NCBI GenBank assembly: GCA_951406725.2
Contig: OX597827.1
Span: 24,676,001-24,740,000, forward strand
DNA length: 64,000 nucleotides
From: Octopus vulgaris
Lineage: Eukaryota
Reading direction: 5' to 3'
The notes below the pieces were generated by a model. That model did no database searches and was not told the DNA's origin. It saw only the letters and a program-made list of their open reading frames with translations. Below, piece after piece: positions 54,018-64,000 of the stretch; position 1 is the stretch's first letter, and each line of letters opens with the position of its first letter. The translations under genes and the position numbers were made by a program.

Positions 54018-55066
54018 GTAAAACATTAATCCAAGCCTAAGCATCAATATTTGCTATCGCCAACACCAGACACTCTAGTTAGACAAAATTCCCCTATTTA
54101 CAACTAGAATAGTCCATTTCCCCACTTTGAACTAGCATCAATCCTACATTGGCATAAGCTATACAACATTCAGTACCCACTTTTCCTGTGGTTTTTGTTT
54201 GTTTACATATACACACACATATATACATACATACATTCATATATATATGTATATATATACATACACACATATATATTGAATCTGAGTTACATAATGTTGT
54301 TCATTCATTCACATGGATGTTTTCAATTGATGCCATGGAGATTAATTGTTCTTTTTTACTCTCTGCTAGCCTGGACCATTTCAAGGGTACCAAGAAAGCA
54401 AAAAAAATGAAAACTCCAAAAAGAGGAACCTATTAATGGTGGGCATAATCGGAGAGGCATGCTATTGCTCTTTGTGTCAGTATTGATAATATGATTCATT
54501 ACAGAACTCTCTTTCAATAAATTCTTTTATGAAGAGGAAGAAATAAATAAATAAAAACAAACATATAAAAATATAATAAATGAAAAAATATAGAAAATAA
54601 AAAAGAAATAGAACCAGGTTGCTATTGACAGACAATGGATTAGCAGGATGGTTAGAAGCTTTCCATGTTTGGTTAGGAACTTTTGCATGTTAAGTTCAAA
54701 TCCTGCTTGGATCAACTCAACGAAAATCAAAGGGAATTGAAATAAAGAAATTAGAATGGACTTCCTGGTAATTAATTTGATTTAACGCTAAATCAATTTC
54801 TGGAAAATCTTTAGGAAATCTGGATGGAGGACTTGTAGAAATTGTATGAGCATAAAATGAAATGTTTTTGGTATTCAGTTATCAACATTTATATTTTGGA
54901 CATTATTTACCTTTGATGGATATTTGTCCTCACCTTGTTTGTTGTTAACACAACATTATGGCTGATATACCCCCAGCCTTCATCAGGTGTCTTGGGGAAA
55001 TTTTGAACCTGGGTTCTCATTCCTAAGGTATTTTTCAATGTTGTTATTATTATTATTATTATTTAT

Positions 55067-55444
55067 TGCCTTTGCACAGCTTCTAATGCTGGAGATATAC
55101 TACAGTGTCAGCTGTTCACTACCAGTGAACTAAGGTAACACCTCTTAGTTTTCGAGCACCTTCCAGAGAATTTGAGCAGTTCCAAGCAGTGCTGTTTTCT
55201 GCAAGTGCTCCACCCTTATTGCACCCCCTATTTGTTCCATGTACTTCTTGAGATTTTTGCTCACTGTTCCCAGGGCTCCGACAGTTATTGGTACAACTGC
55301 TACCTTTTTCATCGACCACAACTGCTTAACTTCCCAAGCTAACCTGTCATAACTCTCGACTTTTCTTTCTTCCCTATCACATACCTTGTTGTCAGTTGGG
55401 TATGCTATATCTATGATCCAGCCTTAATTGAGAAAGAAAACAAA
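55067..55444 (-). mobile_element. R4/Dong-like 3' fragment inserted in (TAA)n
   Basis: Homologous to 33571-33915; (TTA)n on both sides; 22-bp 5' inversion at 55423-55444. Confidence 0.85.
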
Positions 55445-55571
55445 TTATTATTATTATTATTATGCAGGTCACTGCCAGGAATCGAACTTGGACCTGAATA
55501 ATAATAATAATAATGATATTAACATTGAAAAATACCTTAGGAATGAGAACTGAGGTTTGAAATTTCCCCAA

Positions 55572-55617
55572 GACACCTGATGAAAGCTGGAGCATATATC
55601 AGCCGAAACGTTGTGTT
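55572..55617 (+). ncRNA. minimal type I hammerhead ribozyme motif with intact catalytic core
   Basis: GACAC-CTGATGA-A-AGCTG-GAGCATATAT-CAGCC-GAAAC-GTT-GTGTT; helix I GACAC/GTGTT; helix III reduced to the palindrome AACGTT. Confidence 0.7.
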
Positions 55618-56962
55618 AACAACAAACAAGATGAGGACAAATATCCGTCAAATGTAAATGATGTACATAATTCCTCATCTCTTAAATATAGAACTGCATT
55701 TATATTTTGAGTTTCAATCCTGCTGACAATAATTTTATCTATTAATCTTTTGGGGTCGATAATTGAAGGACTAATCAAAGACTGGGGTTAGTTTTAATGA
55801 TTCTTGCTCCCCTCAAAATTTGAGGGTTGATTTAGAACAACCAAACAGTTTTGCCTTTCATCCTTCTGGGATTGATAAAATAAGTACCAGTTGAATACTG
55901 GGGTCAATGTAAACGTCTTAACCCTCCATGAGTGGCTGTGTGGTAGGTAGCTTGCTTACCAACCACATGGCTCTTGGTTCAGTACCACTGCGTGGCACCT
56001 TGGGCAAGTTGTCTTCTACTATAGCCTCGGGCTGACCAAAGCCTTGTGAGTGGATTTCATTGATGGAAACTGAAAGAAGCCTGTCGTATATATATATATA
56101 TATATTAGAATAATTAGTATAAAGCATTGTGTGGAATATATTATATTGGTGGGTAAGGCCGGAACAATGTGAAATAAATCCAAGGCAAATCACGAGAAAA
56201 CAGGCATATGAATTAATGGGGAATTACCCTGCATTTAGTATTTCAGGACTATGACCCCGAACAGCTTATGACTCTTGAATTTATTTTACATTGTTCCAGC
56301 CTTACCCACGAATTTTATAATATATATATGTATATGTTTGTGTATCTGTGTTTGTACCTTTGCTATCGCTTGGCAACCGATGTTGGTGTGTTTACGTCCC
56401 TGTAACATAGCAGTTCAGCAAAAGAGACTGATAGACTAAGTACTAGGCTTACAAAAGAATAAGTCCCAAGGTTGATTTGTTCAACTAAAGGCGGTGCTCC
56501 AGCATGGCCACAGCCGCATGACTGAAACAAATAAAAAATTTGAAAACAATAAAACAAGCGTTCAAGGAAATGGCAACTTGGCAGAAAATTAGTTGGATAT
56601 TAGACTAAATTTAGTCCCTCCTCTTTATGTACTGAGTTCAAATCCTGCCAGGAGTGAAAGTAATTTAGTTACTTTATAATTTAAAAAAAATGTTTTATCC
56701 ATTTTGCATGTATTTTGTGAAAAGCAGTGTCATTTGTGAAGGTTTGTGATGGACCAATCAAAGCCAATCATTGCATTCACTGCATTCCTGATGGCAAGAG
56801 ACTGTCAAGGTGGTGTCTATGGAAACTGGAGAGATCAAATACCACAGCGGATTTTATTTATTACTTTTGTCAATAATGTGTATAACTTTCACTGATACAC
56901 ACATGCACACACACACATGTACATTCTGTGTGTGTGTATCTCTCTCTCTCTCTATCTATCCA

Positions 56963-57001
<39 letters not shown>

Positions 57002-58269
57002 CTATATATATATCTATCTATCTCTCTGTCTACAAATACCTGATAATGCTGCCATATGTCTTCCCTCACAAACCTTGTAACAACAAAGCTTTGAATATTA
57101 TCTCCCAACATCCACTGATGCCGAAAAAGATGTGAGACTGAATCAGGTTTCACAGGTGCATAGCATTTACAACAAGTAGAAGACAACCAAAATCCTTGAA
57201 GAGAATGCTAACAAACGCCAAATTCCTGTCGACAACAATTAAAAAATTTGGTCAACCCAACTGTGGAATATGTTTTAACTTGTCTGAAGGAAAGATCAGA
57301 ATTAAATATGATAGACAGACAGATACATGTATGTATTATCATCATCATCATCATCATCATCACCATCACCATCACCACCATCATCATCATCATTAACACC
57401 AATGACATCATTTAATGCTTGTCCTCTATGCTGGCATCGTTTGGACAATTTGACAGAGTCCAAGAAGCTGGGAGACTACTTTGAGTTCTGATGTTTGTTT
57501 TTGCGTGGTTTGTATGATTGGAAAGCCTTCCTAATCATGCCAACCACTTTTCAGAACGTGTGTGTGAGATTGGCTTTAGCACAGTTTCTTTCTCCCTTAC
57601 TTTCCTTTAGGCCTGGTTTCTATGGAAATGGATACTTGATCCTTTGTTGAACAGTGGATTTGAACCTAGAACCACGTGACTGCAAGGTGAACTTCTGAAT
57701 AATACTACATCACTGTTTCCATGAATGAAATGTTAAAAGAAGGAGTAGATATTTACAAAGGTCCGCTTCATTTATTACACCTGTGCTGGTGGCACGTAAA
57801 AAGCACCATCCAGACATGGCCGATGCCAGCGCCGCCTTGACTGGCTTCCATGCTGGTGGCACATAAAGGGCACCAACTGATTGTGGCCATTGCCAGCCTC
57901 GCTTGGCACCTGTGCTGGTGGCACGTAAAAAGCACCCACTACACTCACGGAATGGTTGGCGTTAAGAAGGGCATCCAGCTGTAGAAACACTGCCAGATCA
58001 GACTGGAACCTGGTGCAGCCTTCTGGCTTCCCATACCCTGGTCGAACCGTCCAACCCATGCTAGCATGGTAAACGGATGTTAAACGATATTGATGATGAT
58101 GAACCTCTCCAATAAAATCAGGTTAATATATTAATTGGGAATAAAATATCTGATTATAAATAAAATGTAATTAAGGAAAAAAAGTTAATTAGCTCAAAGG
58201 GTCGTCAACTTGTTGGTTTTACTGATAAACAATTAGGGACCACAGCAAGAGTTTACTCAGGAGTTTGCG

Positions 58270-58765
58270 TTAATTATAATTAACGGTATTTAACAATTAC
58301 AATTTTACTAAATCTACTAATTACAAGGGATCATTTGCAATGAACAAATTACAATCAAGTAATTTAAATAACTAATTGAAATAATTAGCTCATGCAATTA
58401 ATTAATTACACTTCACTGATTGCATTTGACTAATGATTATTAATTACAATGAACTACTTACAATAACTAATTACATGAATTAATTGTAATAAACTCATTA
58501 CAATGATGTAATTATAATTATCTAATTAGAATGAAATAATCACTATGAATTAATTACAATGACCTAGTTACCTAATTACAATGAATGCAATTAAATAATC
58601 ACAGTGAGCTAATTACATTGATCTAATTACAGTTAGCTAATTATAATGAACACAATTAACTAATTACTATAAATTCATTACAATGACTTAACTAATTACA
58701 TTTAGCATTTACAATTATTAATTTCAATTAACTAATCCTAGTTAGCAATTACAATTTTATTATGT
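58270..58765. repeat. degenerate AT-rich tandem array of CTAATTACAAT-like units
   Basis: Dense reiteration of AATTAC / TAATTA motifs. Confidence 0.6.
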
Positions 58766-60534
58766 AATTCATCTTTCATTTCTTTTTCTTGTTTCAGTCA
58801 TTAGACTGTGGCCATACTGGGGCACCACATTGAAGAGTTTTTAGTTGAACAAATCAACCCCAGTTCCATTTTTTTAAAGCCTGGTGTTTATTCTATCAAT
58901 CGCTTTATTGTTAAGTTACAGGGATGCAAAGGAACCAACACCCATTGTCAAGCAGTGGTGGAGGATTAACTGACACAAAGACACACACACGTATGACAGG
59001 CTTCTTTCAGTTTCCATCTACCAAATCCATTCACAAAACTTTGGTTGGCTCCAGGCTATAGAAGACACTTGCCCAAGGTGCCACGCAGTGGGACTGAGCC
59101 TGGAACCATGTTGTTGGGAAGCAAGCTTTTTACCACACACCCACACCTGTACCTCTATCTACACAGCTGTGCCTGTGCATTAATAAGTATTAGTCCCAGA
59201 TACATTGTGCCCAAGGGAAAGAAAATCATCTTAGATATGATGCGGTCTGGGTTTGTATCTCCTTCATAGGGAGACAACAAGGGATGGGCATGGTTGGACT
59301 GTTGTACATACATACAATCGATCAACTAATTCGTACATGACAAGTGCAATCTGTGAGTGGAACAGTAAAAATATGCAAGACTTTTTTCAAGTTCCAAATG
59401 TGAATTTGTCTGTGGCAACTACATCACAAAGATGGAGCCTTGAATCTTTGTTGGAAACTGGCTCCCTCCTTAGTGGAAGAATTATAATAATTAAGAAATA
59501 GAAGAGACATACAATAATCATGATATCTAGAACTATAGAAATCTGCCAGACGAAATGTACCCTAATTCAAAAGGAGAAAGACAAGAACATACATATCATG
59601 GCGTTGAATACAGACATGTTGGCATAGAGGACTAGAATTTTTGCCAGATATAAGCCTTGTAAAAGAAATGATTATCGTTTTTGAGTAAATGCAAAGGAAC
59701 AATTATTCTTGAAAAGATTATAGCAGTAATCAAATAGTGAGATTAAGTTAATCCATACCATTGTGGAAAATTACTGGCATGTAAAAAGCACCATTCAAAC
59801 GGGGCTAATGCCAATGCCACGTAACTGTGACTGGTTCCCATACTAGTGGCACATAAAAGCACCCGCTACACTCTTGGAGTGGTTGGCATTAGGAAGAGCA
59901 TCCAGCTGTAGTAACCTTGTGAAATGAGATTGGAGCCTGGTGCAGCCTTCTGGCTTGCCAGTTCTCAGTCAAACCATCCAGGCTATGCCAGCATGGAAAG
60001 TGGACATTGAATGATAATGACGACGATGATGATGACATCATGGCTATGAAAGAAATTAGTCAGTTATCACAAATTGTGGAACTATGGAGAGAAATTCCAG
60101 TAGAATTTTGAACTGAATCAAGAGCTTTACCAGTTCTATAGAAAGACCAGGGAAGATCCCTCGATCGGCTACATAAAGAGACTTAAAGAATGCTGGGATA
60201 AGAAATATCCAACATTCTCAAAACACACACACACACGTATATATATTATTTCACAGAATGGTGAATCTTGAAGCAGACACAGCTATAAATAAGTGTGTAA
60301 ATATTGAATTAACCCAATATTTACACATTATTATTTATAGCTTTATTTACTTCCAGATTTACCATTCTAAGTAAGAATTATTTCATGTTCACTTGTAGTT
60401 TCTAAATTCTTATGATGTCTAGAATATACATATATACATAGATACACACACACACAGATACATGTACGCACACACACACACACGCACTTATATACACAGA
60501 CATATATAGACACACATACTCAAACACAAACACA

Positions 60535-62290
60535 TGAAGTATTAGAAGGTGCTATAACACAACTAGTAAGAAAGAGAATAAGCATAAATGATAGAGAGGT
60601 CAGGTTTGTGCCTTCTTCAAAGAGAGACCAACGTAGAAGATCAGTCGTTGATTAAGAGAAAGCCATTTACAGCGAACCCTAGAGTCCCTGTTGCCCGGAG
60701 TTTTCAAAGGTAACTCAGTTTAGATGAATGGCTTGCGAAAATTAGGCAAATTATATGCAATGAAAGCGTTATCAAAGGGAAAATTACCGTATTTTCCGGT
60801 GTATAAGCCGCTACTTATTACCTGAGAAATTTAGTGTGTGGCTTATAGAAAGGTGCGCCTAATGTGTGTATTTTTTAGAAGTTTCAAATGGAAAATAATT
60901 TGTGTATGGAGATCGAATGATTCCACTGATTTTTTTCAGAGGAAAGGTCGGTCGGTGAAGAACATGAAAGGCCACTGCTACAGTACATTGGCGCCCGGAA
61001 GAAAACAAAGCATACATGTTTGGTTTTATCTTCGTGTTTTGATTATGTTATTTTTAATCTAACTGGCGAAATATGTTTGTTGTTGATTACAGTAAGATAA
61101 AATCATAACAATAACAATACATCTCATAAAGCATTTTGAAACCACATACACGTCAACAACAAAAACGCTAGCTGCGGACCCGTGGCTCTATAGGTCATTG
61201 TAAACACCGGTGTGTCTTCTGTGTGGATAAAACCAAAATCGCCCCCAAAATTCGGTCCTGCGGCTTATATACCGATGCGTTTTACAGACCGGAAAATACG
61301 GTGGCTATGAGTTCAGCGCGGAATTTATCGTGGTGGCATGCGTTCCGCGGAGCTCGGTCATTCGCTCCCTCCTGTTTATAACGCTCCTCCAGCCGATAGC
61401 AAAAGATTTTCTGAACAATTATATATGACAACACTCGTATTTTACTGACCTAATTCTCATTGTTGAATCTGTTGAAGAATTATAGAAAAGAGAATCCAAA
61501 TGTAAAGGCAAAACCCCAGAATTGAGAAGCTTGAAAGTAAAAGTTTGCAAAGACAAAAAAGAAAAGAAAAAGGGTAGCAGAAAGGACTCTTCTACTGTCA
61601 GAGAGGGACCATGCTCAATAAGGAGTAGGTCAGAACTCTGTACTAGGAACCAAACGTGAACTATAGCTGCACAAAAGATGCAATGAGTTCTTAGACAAAC
61701 TGATAGAGAAGCGCGTATCCGATAAATTCTTTCTAATGACTATAAGGTTTCCTTGAAGTAATTGTTAGTTTCTGTTACTTAATTGATTTAATTAACAGTG
61801 GGGGCAGGTGTTTCAAAGGCATAATAATTTATTTACAGCTGAAGTAAGAACGAAGTGGAAAAAGTTAAAAAAAAAAAAAAGAGAAAGGTTGACATTCCGA
61901 ACAATTGGATTTTTTTTTTTTACTTTCAGAGTGGAGGGTAGATTGTGTGACCCTTATGTACTAAGTGCAATATTACATGGTTTCCAAACGTGGACACTTG
62001 ATGAGGGAGATATAATGAAGGCTGACAAGAAACGAAGCGAATGTACTCTATCAGCTGTTGAATGTTAATGTACACGAAAAACAACATACACGAGCTGGGA
62101 GCCAAGTCGGGTACAAGAAGAACCAAATGCAGTTGGTAAGAGAGCGGACTGCATTGGTATAGATAATGTATATGGTGGATAACAGTTGGGTAAAATAATT
62201 CACCCAAGTGGAGGGAACCTGCAGAAGAGAAAGATCAAGTTATAGGCGGGAATGATTTTTGAAAGCTGACCTCAAGAGGTCATAAGACCA
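60535..62290 (+). pseudogene. ancient, heavily decayed RTE LINE of the same lineage as 51783-53790
   Basis: Collinear remnants EVLEGAITQLVRKRI..RFVP, LDEWL, GYEFSAEF..LLFITLLQPI, PCSI..GVGQNSV..LHKRC, FRVEGRLCDPYVLSAILHGFQTW. Confidence 0.7.
60787..61301. mobile_element. Tc2/pogo-type MITE inserted in the ancient RTE
   Basis: TA-CCGTATTTTCCGG ... CCGGAAAATACGG termini, with sub-terminal TATAAGCCGC / GCGGCTTATA. Confidence 0.75.
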
Positions 62291-63040
62291 ATAATGATTT
62301 CTAGTCGATGACATCGTGTCTATTCAGACAGAGGGATAAACGTACGAACACACATATATATTGGCATGTGAAGTCGATGACCAAATGTTGCAATTAAGAG
62401 GGACATTTATGTTGCCAATCCTAGCACACATTCTAACAGTACTTGCCAAGTTTGCATATCTCAAAAATTAGAAATATCATGGAGATGTACTTGCATAGCA
62501 AGTGACTTGATCTGAGATTGTGTGCTGAAACAAAAACAATTGCAGCATGGAAGGTGGTTTATAAGCCATTTAAAAATATACAAAAACCGTTAGATTTACT
62601 TCAATACTTAAATTTTATCTGTCGCCGTCTGAAGAATATGTAATTCTTACCTGTAATTCAGAACTTGTTTCTTCATATGAATATAAGCTTCCCAAGCATT
62701 TAACATTTCAAAACCTTCTTGCTCCCTAACAATTAACATAAACTGTTGAGAACAACTTGCTTTTTATCACTTTTCAGTTTTTGCAACACTCCACAAACGA
62801 AATCTATGTTTTCAGTAAACATTATCAATCACACAGTACATGTATTTTATTTATATACCAATTTGTTGCGGGGTGGCGACCGAATTATCTTTAACACTCG
62901 ACGTCGTGTAGTGAACTTTCCCTGGATTCTATCCCACAGCAAATTTGGCGGGAGAACCAAAGCACATACACAATCTATGTGTGACTCGTAATGTTTACGT
63001 TACAAAAGACGCTTTTAATTCGTAATATATTTTCCGTTTT

Positions 63041-64000
63041 GGATCTTTTCACTTTGACCGGCAGATGGATCTTTTCCTTTCGAACGGCACTTTGTAACAA
63101 TTTCTAGTTAACTAAACACTTTTAAACTTCGTATAGTGGTAGAATGTGTTTATAAAACATCATTTTTTTCTTGGCTTTATTGAGAAAATTCTATAGTTTG
63201 TAAGATATTTCGTCTGAAATTTCGAGCATTTCGGCAATTTTAACCAATCGCTGGAGTCCATTTAGGTAAACAACATTCCGTGCTGTATGAATATGTCCCT
63301 TCTTTAAGAAACAGATTGGGTTTATTTACATTTGTGAAGAAGAAAGATACCCTTCCCCCACCCCTAACCCTAACTAACCCTAACTCTCACCCTAAATCTA
63401 AAATAGATTGAAATGCAATAGATCGATACTAGGGCCATAATTATGGGTGACAATTTCATACGACACCGCTACGGAAAATAGGATGTTTTTCTAGCGGTGT
63501 CAAATGAAAATGTCACCCATAATTATGGTCCTAGTATCGATCTATTGCATTTCAATCTATTTTAGATTTAGGGTTAGGGTTAGTCAAGGTTAGGGTTAAG
63601 GTTAGGGTTAGGGGTTGGGGAAGGGTATCTTTTTTTCTTCACAAATGTAAATAAACCCAATCTGTTTCTTAAAGGAGGGACATATTCATACAGCACGGAA
63701 TGTTTTCACCCCAAATGGAGGTCAGCGATTGGTTAAAATTGCCGAAATGCTCGATTTTAAAGTGGAAATATGTTACAACATATAGAATTTTCTCAATAAA
63801 GCCAAGAAAAAATGATGTTTTATAAACACATTCTACCAGTATACGAAGTTTAAAAGTGTTTAGTTAACTAGAATTTATGTTACAAAGTGCCGTTCAAAAG
63901 GAAAAGATCCCGGCAGATGTTTAAAATAATTTCTATGTAACTAAACACTTTTAAACTTCGTATACTGGTAGAATGTGTTTATAAAACATCTTTTTCTCTT
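63041..64000. mobile_element. Merlin-like element (host of the nested insertion), runs off the window
   Basis: GGATCTTTTCACTTTGACCGGCAGAT at 63041 resumes at 63911 with sequence homologous to the inner element's arm. Confidence 0.7.
63067..63910. mobile_element. 844-bp palindromic Merlin-like MITE with 8-bp TSD and telomere-like repeats
   Basis: GGATCTTTTCC...GGAAAAGATCC termini; TSD CGGCAGAT at 63059-63066 and 63911-63918; ~410-bp arms; CCCTAA at 63361-63396 and TTAGGG at 63567-63615. Confidence 0.85.

Larger units (their letters stand above)
54898..55696. mobile_element. head-to-head inverted pair of family H SINEs (copies C and D) interrupted by an R4/Dong-like insert
   Basis: Minus tail 54898-55066, minus head remnant 55464-55490, plus body 55491-55696 ending AAATATAGAACTG. 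Confidence 0.75.

Overview
AT-rich, microsatellite-saturated eukaryotic DNA. The SINE and LINE repertoire points to a coleoid cephalopod, most likely Octopus (inferred from repeat families, not from a search). I cannot support any host protein-coding exon, so the window reads as intron or intergenic sequence built almost entirely from mobile-element relics. DNA elements: a mariner, two DD37D maT-type copies, a Tc2/pogo-type MITE, piggyBac-like MITEs, a Helitron-like end and nested Merlin-like fold-backs with internal telomere-like repeats. Retroelements: several RTE-clade LINEs, RLE-type (R4/Dong-like) 3' ends, a Neptune-type Penelope-like element (PLE) and at least five tRNA-headed SINE families. 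Strongest leads: (1) a four-copy tRNA-headed SINE ending in a minimal type I hammerhead ribozyme motif with PLE-style inverted ends, within a wider set of hammerhead-like motifs and fold-backs; (2) a C4HC3 PHD finger inserted inside the RT domain of an RTE LINE, seen in a young and an ancient copy; (3) a 67-nt tandem hairpin/pseudoknot array in the 3' UTR of that LINE. Nearly all ORF-track entries are microsatellite artefacts. Coordinates and identities were read by eye.
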